A stretch of DNA of 64,000 nucleotides. Origin: Eledone cirrhosa. Lineage: Eukaryota. Positions 1-14,179 of this stretch are shown here, piece after piece (position 1 is the stretch's first letter; each line of letters begins with the position of its first letter). The stretch covers positions 30,442,001 to 30,506,000 of the forward strand of contig OZ024753.1 in the NCBI GenBank assembly GCA_964016885.1, read 5' to 3'. Below the pieces are notes generated by a model. It had not been told where the DNA came from and did no database searches. It was given only the letters and a program-made list of their open reading frames with translations. The translations under genes and the position numbers were made by a program.

Positions 1-1123
1 TTTAAGGCAGCAAATTAGCAGAGTGATTTAGGTGTCAGACTAAATGCCTTGGTATCTATTCCAACTTACTCCACTTTGGTTTTAAATCCTGCCAAGATCA
101 GCTTTGTCTTTCCTCCTTTTGAGTACCGGTCTAGTACTGGGGTTGATTCTTCCTCTTTTCTGGCCTGAAGAGAGATAGACTCCAACAGGTTTAAACTGCT
201 CTGCTCAAGGTTTAAAATGTGTCAGGATGGAGCCCCTACAACTCTATCAGGAATCAAGGACCTGAGCTGAGACAAGTTCCTGACTCTGGTACTATGTTCT
301 CCAAGACGAATCACCAAAATATTAATTTCTATTAGGAGCCTTTATAGCAGGTATTTCTAATTGCTGTCACTAAACATATTTTATTCATTTCATATTTGCT
401 TTTAGCCAGTCTTCCAATCAATCTTCACACACATATATGTGTATATTTTAAGCAAATATTTATATATTTTTCTTTTTCTTTCTGATTTCTGCTCTTTCTG
501 TATATTTTTCTAAGATTGCTTGATAATTTAGTGTTTACATGTCTTCAAATCATTGGTTAATGTTGAATTCTGGTCCAATTTAATCTTTTTTCTTTAATAT
601 GTTTTAATTCTGAATGCTGTCTTTCAAATATGATCATAAATTTGAAAAAATAATCCATCCAGCAAAAATATTTTCAAGAGTATTTAAGATAAAATTTAAT
701 CAATTGTAAATTGGATGGTAGACTTAATCTGTCGCCTGGTTTGATGCTATCTCCAAGTCCTTGAATGCCTTTGGTGGAGTTCACTGTGTTGCCAGATCTC
801 CTATTTGAGGCTACTTTCCTCTCTCTTTGAATAAATAATTAATTAAAAAAACTGCTATTGTGACCAGAATTCTAAGTTTGTTCTACCTTTGCTGGAAGAA
901 GAGTTGACAGTAACTGTAAACACTAATTATTAGCTTTGAGCTGGTTGCTTTTGTTTTTCTATAAATTTTCGTTTCTTTCAGAAAGAGCTGAGCCCATCAG
1001 CAAAGATATAGGTTTTTACACTAAACACTTTGCACAGTTGCACTATATTTTACTTCCCAAACTCTTTCTAAGCTGCCTATTTCTATACCCTTGGTAAATT
1101 TCAAGCTGCTCTTCTATTTGATA

Positions 1124-1635
1124 TTTCTAAGCTACCTATTTCTATATCCTTGGTCTATTTCTAAGCTGCCTATTTCTATATCCTTGGTCTATTTCTAAGC
1201 TGCCTATTTCTATATCCTTGGTATATTTCTAAGCTGCCTATTTCTATATCCTTGGTCTATTTCTAAGCTGCCTATTTCTATATCCTTGGTCTATTTCTAA
1301 GCTACCTATTTCTATATCCTTGGTATATTTCTAAGCTGCCTATTTCTATATCCTTGGTCTATTTCTAAGCTGCCTATTTCTATATCCTTGGTCTATTTCT
1401 AAGCTACCTATTTCTATATCCTTGGTCTATTTCTAAGCTACCTATTTCTATATCCTTGGTCTATTTCTAAGCTGCCTATTTCTATATCCTTGGTATATTT
1501 CTAAGCTGCCTATTTCTATATCCTTGGTATATTTCTAAGCTGCCTATTTCTATATCCTTGGTCTATTTCTAAGCTGCCTATTTCTATATCCTTGGTATAT
1601 TTCTAAGCTGCCTATTTCTATATCCTTGGTATATT
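1124..1635. repeat. 34-bp minisatellite, about 15 copies
   Basis: Unit TTTCTAAGCTGCCTATTTCTATATCCTTGGTCTA; units are contiguous with no spacers. Confidence 0.95.
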
Positions 1636-2142
1636 TCAAGCTGCTCTTCTATTTGGTATTTGTTTATAAATACAACTTTTTCTCTTCAGCAATACTGAGC
1701 CTCACTCACTAATTTTGCTACCCTTAGATTTTTCTCTTTAATTATTATTTCTAATTCTCAACCTGCTACCTCACACTACTTTGTGACATATAATGCTTCC
1801 TTTTGCATCTCTCAATTTGCTAGCTTTAAGCTGAACTTTTCCTAAAATTCATTCTTGGATAGGTTTTCTCCGAATTTCTCAAAACCCTATGAAAATGAAT
1901 TCAATCTCTTGCCTTTTTCATGTAAAATTCTGTAAGATTTATTGCTAGAAATAATAAATTTATGTTATTAGCCTGTGTAAGGAATAGCTTCTTAATGTTT
2001 ACAATAGCATGGTCAACAATTTCATTCCAAGTTAGGATGAAACATGATCATACATTTTAATCCACACATTTTCTTTCTGTGAAAAATGTCATATTTCTAA
2101 TGCAGCAAACAAGTTTCTTTTTTGCAAAGAGTTGGAACTGGT

Positions 2143-2390
2143 AGATAGTATCAGCAATGGAAAGACCAATGGAAACATAGTTTCTTTAGTTTGATTTGAT
2201 GGTTAGTTCCTTTCTTCTGCCAGGAGTTGTGACTGACTGATAGTATCACCAATGGAAACATAGTTTCTTTGGTTTGATCTGATGGTTAGTTCCTTTCTTC
2301 TGCCAGGAGTTGTGACTGATTGATAGTATCAGCAATGGAAAGACCAACAGAAACAGCTTCTTTGGTCTGATCTGATGAATGGTGCCTTTC
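2143..2390. repeat. About 90-bp tandem repeat, about 2.6 copies
   Basis: GATAGTATCAGCAATGGAAA...GTTCCTTTCTTCTGCCAGGAGTTGTGACTGA repeated. Confidence 0.85.
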
Positions 2391-3051
2391 CTTTCCTATA
2401 ACTTCTACTTGCCACTTTAAACCCAGTTGTGATTACTTTTGTAAATATAACCAATTCATAATTATAATTGAGATGTGCAAAACTATTAGAAATGATTATA
2501 TTGTATTTAAATTTTTCATTTCTATATTTTTGTTTGATTTATATTTATAATTATTTCTAAATAAAATTAAATAATTATTTTATTCTATTCTCCTACATCT
2601 ACCTTCTCCGAAACATTTAAAGAAACCTCATAACAAATTAAATTTTGTATAACTATTCACTTTAAGAAGCAAATGAATGAGTTAGATCTTTTAAAACTTG
2701 CTGTGGTAATGGACAAAAATATATTCCTTCCAAATGTTTAAAACAGAAAAAAAAATCATATAAAATATGAATACACTTTCTCAAATTTTAGAGATTGTAT
2801 CAATTTCTTGTTTGTTTGTTGATGATGTTGTTAGTTTTTTTTATTTTTTATTATTTTTCATAGCATCTTAACCCCAAAAATAGTGCTGTTGCATTATGAT
2901 GTGTGTATTTCAAAAATGCATTTAAGCCTGTATTAAGCAAACACCTCTATTTTGTAAAAGATGCTTGGGTGCTGGGGGGAAGACTAGTCAAAGGAAGAAA
3001 TTCCCCCTAAAACACTGTACTAATATATATATATAGAGAGATATATAGATA

Positions 3052-3086
<35 letters not shown>

Positions 3087-3193
3087 TCATATTTACACAT
3101 ATACATAAATATGTATATTCATATATGAAAAAACATTGTTATATATATATACACATATATATATAACTTCTTTTCTACTAGTATACATATATA

Positions 3194-3234
<41 letters not shown>

Positions 3235-5204
3235 TGTATAGAATAAAACTTAGGTGTCACATTTTATTTAGCTGGAATTTAACAGGAAAGTTTTTTTTTT
3301 TTTATATATATCTATTTCTATTAAATTCTAATTAATTATGAAATGATATTCTTTCTGAAGAACTCTGTGTTTTTCTATAATTTTCCACTTTTACAATTCT
3401 TGGATAACAACAAACAAAATTGTCTGCTGTTTCTCTGCCTTTCAAGAAGTGTTTTAAAGTAACAATCGGACACTTTGGACTAATAAAATTCTTGTTATTC
3501 TATTCTTGTTTAGAAACTGAAAATAATCAAAACACAAGATTTTTTTTTGTAACCAATTTTGGTATATAAATTATTTTTCATTTCATTTTTTATTTTTTTT
3601 TTACTGTAAGAATCTGTACATGTTTCAGCAATGTATTCTTGCAGATGTCACTGTGTGACTTTTGTGTAGACTGTATGAGATATAATTCTACTATCCCTGT
3701 ATAATTTGCTACTGTTAATACTACTACTACTACTTCCTCCACAACTATTACTAGATGTGTGTGTATGGATATTGTAAACATTGTACATAGTCAATACTAG
3801 ACAACTTATTTATTCCAGATTGCCAGAATTAACCATTAAAGTGTGTTTGACATGTATAAACCAGAATTAAAAAGTTGTCTAATTATAAACATGTTTTTCT
3901 TTTTCTTTGTTTTTGTTTTGTTATTTGAGGAGGGGTGGGCTTTTTCTTATTTTTTTCTTGTCTTTTTCCATCTCAGCATTAAAAAAAAAAACATCACTAG
4001 TATAGTACAGCTTGGACTAGCCTAGGTAGAAACTGGGTTTAAGAGGAATCCGAAGTGGTGTACAAGAGACTGCATTGGTAAGGACATGTGATATGCATAG
4101 ATGATGATTGCTGGGTGAAAAAGTGCTAGAAAATCCCAGTAGAAGGAAGCCACAGTTGTAGACAAGAGAAAACCTGAGAGCTGTGTTGAAAAGGATTTGT
4201 CTAACCTGTGGAAGAATGGATGTAAAAACGACGATGATGAATATATATATATCTGTGTGTGTGTGTATGTATCTGTGTTTGATGCTTCTTTATGTCCTGT
4301 TCATTAAAAAGAAATGAACTGCTAGGTACCAGACTTGAAAAATTAAGTACTGGGGTCGATATGATTGACTAAATCATTTGAAGGTGGTGCTGCACTATGG
4401 CCACAGTCTGACTGAATTGAATAATAATCAGAGAACATCTAGAACAAAAGAACACCACAAAACTGTGATACAACCAGAATAACAGATACACCAAACAAAA
4501 ACAATCTTAAACTTTTAGCATTTAAACCGGCCATATCCGGCCAGAATTCTTTCACCTCTTTCTTTTCAAACCAGTTGTAACTGGCCGCTTATACTGACAT
4601 TAACATATTGTTCTCAAAGTAAATATCAAAATTTCATAGGTTCGATATTATGTGAGATAAAGTCTTTTCTGTGAAAATATAATAGTATATATAGAGTAAT
4701 GTAAATGCCAAAGATATCAAATCTGACTTTGTTTGAACAGTGGTAAGAAATTCTCAGGAGAGCGGGACAGCTGGTCTTAAATAACTGTTTCAGCCCTTAT
4801 ATATATGTATACATTTATATATTTCTTTATATATATATATATCATCATCATCATCGTTTAACGCCTATCTTCCACGCTAGCATGGGTTTGTTTATACACA
4901 TATGTATATATGAATATGTCCAAACCCATGCAAGCATGGAACACGGACGTTAAACGTTGATGATGATATATATATAGTAATAATAATAAATTTGAAGACT
5001 AAAATCCAAAGAGGGTTTGATAAGGATAAATATATATCAAATATATAAGATCCCGTTAGGGGTGAAAGAAGTGATTATTTGCTTAAACTTTAATGTTATT
5101 TTAATAAATATATATATATATATTTATATACATACATATATATTTCTATACATATATATATATATATATTTATATACATATTTATATATATATAAAATTT
5201 ATAA

Positions 5205-5235
<31 letters not shown>

Positions 5236-5546
5236 CATATTTATATATATATAAAATTTATAAATATATATATATATATATACATATATATTTATTTATA
5301 TATATTTATATTATAAAGAAATATATATATATAGATATAAATATACAAATATATATACATATATATAAATCTAGCATGGAAGATAGACGTTAAACAATGA
5401 TGATGATGATACAAATATATATATATTTTTACATATAAATATATATACATATATATATAAATATATATATATATATTTACACATATAAGTATATACAAAT
5501 ATATATATATGCATATATGTATATATAAATATATATGTATATATAA

Positions 5547-5590
<44 letters not shown>

Positions 5591-6383
5591 GCGAGACACG
5601 GTCACCCAACCCAACTTGCCTCTAAATGGGACAAACCTGTCTAACCCATGCTAGTGTGGAAGATAGACGTTAATTGTTAATTGATGATGATGATACATAC
5701 ACATATCTATCTATATATACACACATACATGTATATAAATATATAAAAATATATATACACATACATACATGTATATAAATATATGTATATATGTGCATAT
5801 ATATATATACACACACACACACATATAGACATACCTATATATATAAATATATGTATATATATATAAATATCATCATCATCATCATCATCGTTTAACGTCC
5901 ATCTTCCACGCTTGCATGGGTTTGGACAGGGGTTTTCCCACTTGAGGCAAGATTGGTTATCTTGCTTGTATAGGACTGTCAGGCGGGTTTCCTATGGCTG
6001 GATGCCCTTCCTAACACCAACCACGTTTACAGTGTGGACTGGGAGGTTTTTTACCGTGTTACCTACACGGCCACATTACAGCATGGACTGCGTGTTTTTT
6101 TTTGTCGTGACACCTACACGACCTCATATATATAAATATATAATAATGAAATTATTGTGTAAAGTGCTCAGGTGCACTACAAATATGATAACTGGATATA
6201 TGAGGGGTGAACACAGATATAAGTATACAACAAACCTATATCGGGCAAATAGCCCGATATAGGTTTGTTATATGTATATAAATATATGTATATATGTATA
6301 CTCTTGTACCTGTTTCAGCCATCCGGCCATATAAATATATATAAATATATGTATATAAATATATATATATATATAAATATATG

Positions 6384-6423
<40 letters not shown>

Positions 6424-6656
6424 AATATATGTATATATTATATATATATGTATATATTATATATATATGTATATATTATATATATATATGTATATATTAT
6501 ATATAAATATATATATGTATATATAAATATATGTATATATTATATATAAATATGTATATGTATATATAAATATATGTATATATTATATATAAATATATAT
6601 ATATGTATATATAAATATATGTATATATTATATATAAATATAAATATATGTATATA

Positions 6657-7052
6657 TTCATTTCATTCATTTCATTTCATTTCACGTCCGCTTTTCCCTG
6701 CTTGCAAGGGTGGGACGGGAACTGATTCTGGCTTGATTTCTACAGCTGGATGCCCTTCCTAACACCAACCTCATTTACAGTGAGTGCTGGGTGCTTTCTT
6801 TCCGTGGTGCCTACACGTCCACTTTTACAGTGTGGGCTGGGTGCTTTTTTGCCGTGGCACCTCCACGACCACTTTACAGTGGAATGATAAGGCCCCAAGA
6901 CCCTATCATCTCATTTCTACAGCTGAGTAAACTGGAGCAATGTGAAATAAAGTGTCTTGCTCAAGGAAACAACACATCACCCAGTCTGAGAATTGAACTC
7001 ACAATCTTTCGATTGCAAGGCCAATGCTCTAACCACTAAGCCATGTGCCTCC
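6657..7052 (-). mobile_element. tRNA-derived SINE with RTE-derived 3' tail
   Basis: Reverse complement of the 9901 SINE: A/B-box head, core, RTE 3' UTR segment and tail. Confidence 0.85.
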
Positions 7053-7082
7053 ATTGCTCTAACAACTAAGCCATGTGCCTCC

Positions 7083-7669
7083 ATATATAAATATATATAA
7101 ATATAAATATATATATATAAATATGTATATATTATATATAAATATATGTATATATTATATATAAATATATGTATATATATATATAAATATGTATATATTA
7201 TATATAAATATATGTATATATTATATATAAATATGTATATATTATATATAAATATATGTATATATTATATATAAATATATATGTATATATTATATATATA
7301 TATATATATGTATATATTATATATAAATATATATATATGTATATATTATATATAAATATATATATATGTATATATTATATATAAATATATATATATGTAT
7401 ATATATATATAAATATATATATATATGTATATATATATAAATATATATATGTATATATTATATATAAATTATATATATAAATATATATATTATATATAAA
7501 TTATAAATATAAATATATATATATATGTATATATATATAAATTTAAATATATATATGTATATATTATATATAAATATATATATATATGTATATATATATA
7601 AATATATATATATATAAATATATATATATATAAATATATATATATATGTATATATATATAAATATATAT

Positions 7670-7701
<32 letters not shown>

Positions 7702-8170
7702 GTATATATTAAATATAAATATATATATATATTATATATAAATATAAATATATATATATATATGTATATATTAAATATAAATATATATATATATATTATA
7801 TATAAATATAAATATATATATATATATTATATATAAATATAAATATATATATATATGTATATATTATATATAAATATAAATATATGTATATATATATATG
7901 TATATATATATATGTATATAAATATATGTATATAAATATATGTATATATTATATATATATATAAATATATGTATATATTATATATATATATAAATATATG
8001 TATATAAATATATGTATATATTATATATATATATATAAATATATGTATATAAATATATGTATATATTATATATATATATATAAATATATGTATATAAATA
8101 TATGTATATATTATATATATATATAAATATATATATTTAAGATGCATATATATATTTATATATATATACA
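7083..8170. repeat. Compound (TA)n microsatellite tract; similar tracts at about 5105-5590, 6330-6655, 10250-10790, 23180-23755, 55055-55192, 61030-61184
   Basis: Nearly pure TA/TATG/TAAA repeats. Confidence 0.95.
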
Positions 8171-8829
8171 AGTTAATATAAATTAATATATGATAAACAC
8201 AAAAGTGTTTGTATTGCAAAAGACAAAGTTAGCTCGAATGAAATAAACTAATTCAAATAAAATATAGTTTGCCTGTCTCGATTTAAAATAATAAATCAAT
8301 AAAAACAAACCCATATTGGCAAATAGCCGTGATACCTGGACAAATTTAAATTTCAAAATCCAAACATGTTCCGCAGATAAATTTGAATTTCAAAACCCAA
8401 ATAAGTTTCGCAACGATAGTATAAAAAGTGAAATATTCCAATTTTCTGTGCTTATCAACAGGTATCCAGAAAAATTAGGATGTTTCACCTCTAAATAATT
8501 TAGAAGGTCTGGTTCATTAGTGCAAACGCACGAGGTTTTGCACGAGATTTTCCAGCTCACTAGCTATCTCATATTTATGGCGCTAGAAATAACAGCCGTT
8601 TATATGGGATTAAATATTAGCTCAACAGAAAGGAGCCGTAATATATTATATTCAGAGTTATAAACTCAAACAGTCCTTTACAATTCTTTGAGCTAATTAA
8701 TTGTAAAGGACTGTTTGAGTTTATAACTCTGAATATAATGTAATATAATATATATATATATAAATATATGCATACAACTTTGATAGGTTTTGGCCAGTAT
8801 TGGCCCAGGCCATGTCTAACTTAATAGTA

Positions 8830-9045
8830 CCACCTGGCGAAGTCTTTCAAATCAGGATTTGGACACCATGGCCCACTCAAGTAGAGAGTTATTGTTTACG
8901 GAGACATATCCAGGTGTAGGAGGTTTATCCAGTATTTCTTGAAGGAATTTCTCCAAAGACTTCTTGAACTTTATGGGGTCTGTTTCTATTTTAATGTTTT
9001 GGTGTAATGTTAAAGAGAGCAGAGCCAATTGAGGTGAAATAATTG
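8830..9045 (-). mobile_element. 3' end of a CR1-group LINE
   Basis: FKKSLEKFLQEILDKPPTPGYVSVNNNSLLEW is a typical CR1-group C-terminus. Confidence 0.65.
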
Positions 9046-9062
9046 TGCCTATATATATATAT

Positions 9063-9890
9063 AAGTGATGAACATGTTCAGTGCCCTGTGTGGAGAGAGA
9101 TTGAAGGGACTGAGGAGGCACAGGTATTTCTCCATTGCAGTAGCAGAAGCAAGTGAGGCCTTGCTGCTGAGAAGAGGAAGAACATCAGCTCTGCAGACAT
9201 AGAAGTGTGTGCAGCCAGAGAACACCTGAAAGCTGCCAAGGACCAATGCCATGCTGCTCCTACAGAGGAGAGGAAGGAAGAAGTACCGTTTACACTGAGA
9301 CGAGAGAGGCGGCGCTGATAGAGAAGATCAGAAGTGTGGAAAGAGCGGTTGACAGGTCTAGGTGTAAGGAGAGCTGGATGATCATCAACGAGATCATAGG
9401 GAGGAAGAGAGGGAGCTTGAGTCAGATCCAGGGAACAGGACCTGACTCAGCCATTTCCTCTTCCTACCCTCAGGCCACCTGAGGGTAGGAAGAGGAAATG
9501 GCTGGACCATTTGAGGACCCTACTAGGAGAGTGCCCTCCACAGCCCAGAATACTGGGGAGATCAGGCAGCTGTTTGAGGAAATGGATATTGAGACAGGAC
9601 CCTTCACAAGAGAGGGGCTGCAGAGAGCCAAGAAGAATATCAAGGAGGGCAAGGACCATGGAGAAGATGGAGTGGCATCAGAGGTGATGAAGAGGTGTGA
9701 TTTAGATATCATCTTGGAGTTCTGTAACCAGGCAGAGGGAAAAGGAGATGCCATGAATCAGTAACATCATTCCAGTGCCAAAGAAGGGAGATCTCTCTAA
9801 CACCAACAACTACAGGGGATATCATTGGCGTCACTTATATAGGGGAGAGAACTTATCCATGGATCACAGAAATTTTACCTGCCCTAGATA
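9063..9890 (+). mobile_element. Degenerate RTE-related LINE fragment; same-family 3' end at 14428-14860 (-)
   Basis: IKEGKDHGEDGVASEV...IIPVPKKGDLSNTNNYRG. 9845-9888 matches the reverse complement of 14428-14472. The 14492 ORF has RRGRPRVTYVD. Confidence 0.7.
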
Positions 9891-9900
9891 TATATATATA

Positions 9901-10246
9901 GGCACATGGCTTAGTGGTTAGAGCATTGGCCTTGCAATCGAAAGGTTGTGAGTTCAATTCTCAGACCGGGTGATGTGTTGTTTCCTTGAGCAAGACACTT
10001 TATTTCACATTGCTCCAGTTTACTCAGCTGTAGAAATGAGATGATAGGGTCTGGGGTCCCTATCATTCCACTGCCAAGTGGACGTGGAGGCGCCACGGCA
10101 AAAAAGCACCCAGCACTCACTGTAAATGAGGTTGGTGTTAGGAAGGGCATCCAGCTGTAGAAATCAAGCCAGAATCAGTTCCCGTCCCACCCTTGCAAGC
10201 AGGGAAAAGCGGACGTAAAATGAAATGATGATGATGATGATGATGA
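9901..10246 (+). mobile_element. tRNA-derived SINE with RTE-derived 3' tail
   Basis: A box TGGCTTAGTGG, B box GAGTTCAATTC, core CCTTGAGCAAGACACTTTATTTCAC. 3' part shared with the RTE 3' UTR (AAAAAGCACCCAGC...GGAAGGGCATCCAGCTGTAG). (GAT)n tail. Confidence 0.88.
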
Positions 10247-10251
10247 AATAT

Positions 10252-10286
<35 letters not shown>

Positions 10287-10605
10287 TATATATACATACA
10301 TATATATAAATATACATATATATAGTTAAATATATAAATATACATATATAATTATAAATATATATATATATATACATATACATGTATATACATACATATA
10401 CATATATATGTATATGTATATACATATACATGTCCCACCCTTGCAAGCAGGGAAGAGCGGACGTAAAATGATGATGATGATGACATACATAAATATATAT
10501 AAGTATATATATATATATATATATATACATAAATATATATATATATATATATTCCACCAATCTCTATATATATAAATATAAATATATATATATATAAATA
10601 TATAT

Positions 10606-10636
<31 letters not shown>

Positions 10637-10706
10637 AATATATATACATAAATATATATATATATATATTAAAATAACAGATTAAAGTTTGAGCAAAGAA
10701 ACACTG

Positions 10707-10739
<33 letters not shown>

Positions 10740-11086
10740 CACCAATCTCTCTCTATATATAAATATATATATATATATACATATGCAAAAGTTCTATTTA
10801 AATTGTTGGGATACAACAAGCAAATATTTTTATAACTGATATAAAGCACTCGACAAGTATTTGGAGTAGATATACGATATTAACAAATGGAAACTATATT
10901 TATAAAACCATATTTATTTCATTATACATATTTCAAGGATACCAAGTTAAATTATGGTATGCCTTCATCAGACAAAATACAATATATACCAGTTTTATAT
11001 TTCAGGACATCCTGATGTCTTCCAAAAGTAACTGTTGCATTTTGAAAGGGTACGTCAATGTTTATTTATAAAACTGGTATATATTG

Positions 11087-11151
11087 TATTTTGTCTGATG
11101 AAGGCATACCATAATTTAACTTGGTATCCTTGAAATATGTATAATGAAATA
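11087..11151 (+). ncRNA. Type I hammerhead ribozyme motif (identical copy on minus strand at 10915-10979)
   Basis: Stem I TATTTTGT/ATGAAATA, core CTGATGA, stem II AGG-C-ATACCA/TGGTAT-C-CTT, GAAA, quasi-palindromic stem III ATATGTAT, predicted cleavage after AUA. Confidence 0.65.
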
Positions 11152-11191
11152 AATATGGTTTTATAAATATAGTTTCCATTTGTTAATATTG

Positions 11192-11222
<31 letters not shown>

Positions 11223-12359
11223 TCCACCAATCTCTATATATATACATATCATCATCATCATCAACATCATTTTACGTCCGCTTTTCCCTGCTTGCAAGGG
11301 TATATTCCACCAATCTCTCTATATATATACATATATACATCAATATATATATTCCACCAATCTCTCTCTATATATATATATATATTCCAACCAATCCACA
11401 TATATATATTATATGGATTGGTCGAAATAGGCTGACATGTTTTTTATTCTGCTCTGTTGAATCTAAATCCAAACAAACCTCGAAATTTATTTGAGTTTTT
11501 CTCCTACCTTAATGAACATTACCTGTAAAAGTTAAGTAAATATTTTTCTGTGCGGTTATTTTTTCACTTTCTTGTTCTAAAAGAGTTATTTGCGGTTTCT
11601 TTGATATTTTTATTTTCTGTCTTCGACGTGACACGTGTTTCTCGTAAAAGACTATAGAAATCTAGTTAAGGAATTTAGTATTATTTAGTGAGTATATATA
11701 TTTGTTATACGCCTATTGTTTCTCGTTTTTATTTATTGATATAAATATTATATTATGAAATATACAACATATGTATGTTACCCGATATTTTAACTTGAAA
11801 GTATATTTGTAAACAAACCGACGAAATTGATGCCTAATGATTGAGACTCACAATTAATATCGTAATATCTTATCTATTTATCTGAACCCGATTCTATTTT
11901 ATTTTATCTCATGTTATTTTGTCTCATTTTATATTTGTTTTTCATTTGTTTACATTTCGTTTTTGTTTATTTATATTTATTTTTCTCAAGAACAGGTGTT
12001 TTACGAGGTGTCTCGAATAATACTTAAAGAAGCATACTAATAATTATAATTAACGTTTGTTTGTTCAAGTCACCTTTCTCCGTTGCCGGGTTTTCTTTCA
12101 CGCTCTCTCTCTCTCTCTCTCTCTCTACCCCGGGATCTCACAAGCTCTCTCAATGGCTCCTTGAATTTCTTCCGGCATTTCTCTCTCTCTGGCTTTAACC
12201 TTCTCGTTCGAGGATAGCCTCAGAAGGATGCATAAGTCCTTGACAAACTGGACCAGGGTCTCAACACCCTGCTGCTACGAAAGGTCAAATGGCCTGAGAG
12301 CCACCTCCTCACTAGAATGACATCACTCGAACAGACGGAGTCCCAGCTGGCCCTCACAC

Positions 12360-13285
12360 ACAGGCTTTTCATGGAACAAGCAGTACTCCTCCCAAGAGAC
12401 GAGAATGTCCTGGATACAAACAACGCAGTGCTCATCCATAATATAAAGGTGACACCAACGATTTTCTCGGATCATAACTCAGTAGAACTAATGGTATGTG
12501 GTCTGACAGAATCACCAGAGGTGCAACCATTAAGCAGCACAAGGCTAACTGGATCCAGAAAGAGATAGAAGCAAAACTGGAGCGATATCACCACCACACA
12601 AGACACCAGCACACATTTTCAACATTTCATGACAACAATCCTAACCATATGCCATAAGTTTGTCTTGGAGAAAAAGGCCAATGGACACAAAAATCTTATT
12701 TCCAGAGACAGGAAAATCCCTATGAGACAAATAACTAAGCTCTCAAACCAGTTAAATACACAACAGAAAAACAAGAAGGAACCCTATCTGAAACAGGCAT
12801 TACTTGAAATTGAAAATGCACTCAAACTTTCCCATGAGAAGGAGAGGGCAGAGAGAGAAGCCAGGGCCATAGAAAATATTAAAACAAACCCTAGGGCCTT
12901 CTTTAAATTTGCAAAAACTGCCTTGGTACACTGCAAGATTGGGCCACTCTTCCATAAAGATGGTTCATTAACTGAAGATCCCCAAGGAATAAGTGAAATA
13001 CTGAATGAACATACAAAAGTGTGTTCACACCCCCATTGAGGCATATGCAGATATCAAAGCCAGAGGATTTCTTTGATGCCACAACACTCCACAAAGAAAT
13101 GGTGACCATCAACCACATAGACATAACGGAAGAAGATGTGACATCCGCCATAGACGAAATTAGAACAAACTCAGCTACTGGACCGGATGGATTCCCAGTA
13201 GTTCTCCTAAAAACATGTAAACGTGCCTTAACGGGATCACTGAAGATCCTCTTCAGAAGTTCTTTGGCTAGCGGTAAACTACCTC
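12360..13285 (+). mobile_element. Degenerate CR1-group LINE fragment (EN end and linker to RT)
   Basis: FSDHNSV (APE end), IENIKTNPRAFFKFAK, KIGPL, SATGPDGFP; several frameshifts. Confidence 0.75.
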
Positions 13286-14179
13286 TTCAACAAGTTGCCA
13301 TGGAATTTGAGAGACCTGCATGGTGTGGACAGGAATGTTTTCAAGAAACATCTCGGCACCCTACTATCCAGGATCTCAGATGAGCCCACAGTACGGTACG
13401 AAGGTAACCTAAGGGCAGCAGTAACAAACTCCCTCTTACACCAATGGCTAGCCAACACAGGCTGGAGATAGAATGTGTAGCAACAAGGGCGGTGCCCCAG
13501 CATGGCCTCAGCTGGAACAGGTAAAAGGGGCAAAGAGTATATCTATCGGCAGGTTTCGACATATCAGTAAATATATATATATATAACGTCTATCTTCCAC
13601 GCTAGCATGGGTTAGATGGGAGTTGTCGCACTTGAGGCAAGATTAGTCGGATGACCGTGTCTCACTCGTATAGGATAATCTGGCAGGATGCCCTTCCTAA
13701 CACCAACCACATTTACAGTGTGGACTGGGAACTTTTTACTGTTACCTGCAGGACCACATTGCAGCAAGGACTGTGTGTTTCTTTTGTCATGACACCTACA
13801 CGATCTCATTAGTTTGGACTGGATGTTGTGGTACCAACATAACTTTATATATATATGTGAAGTAATTCCGTCGGAAAGGTCCAGGAAAAAAGAGTGCTCT
13901 ATGTAGGTTATGTATATATATATTATATATATAAATGAAAAGTATAGAAAGTATTGTAGCAAGAAGCCAACAGTATTCCATAATATATAAGTGACTATAG
14001 CGTCAAAATGGGAAAATAGTTGACGTAAGATGTGGGAAAAATAATTCAAACTCAATTCAAAAAGAATCAGGATATAGATTCATCCAACAGAATTTAGTGA
14101 AATCCAGGGAAAAAATCAATAGAGCCTTAACTCATGATAAAATAAAGTCTAAAATACTCATCCTTCAATATATATTAAA

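Noticed and set aside
1124-1635. 34-bp repeat array as a CRISPR array (also the arrays at 15260, 35720 and 39040)
   Set aside because: Units are contiguous with no unique spacers, there are no cas genes, and the context is eukaryotic. These are minisatellites.
330-2100. Purine-rich minus strand resembling a decayed coiled-coil coding sequence
   Set aside because: Frequent stops in the frames I read and no recognisable family motif; cannot be supported without a translated search.
5017-8219. Ile/Tyr-rich ORFs here and at 10138-10745, 20689-20997, 23171-23821, 60976-61284
   Set aside because: Translations of (TA)n/(TG)n microsatellites.
9901-9972. tRNA-Cys-like gene (TTGCAA loop, A and B boxes)
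   Set aside because: No proper acceptor stem, and it continues into a SINE core and RTE tail repeated four times in the window. It is a SINE head.
11620-11650. Minus-strand GAAACACGTGTC resembling hammerhead stem III
   Set aside because: No CUGANGA core or stem I/II found at a suitable distance.
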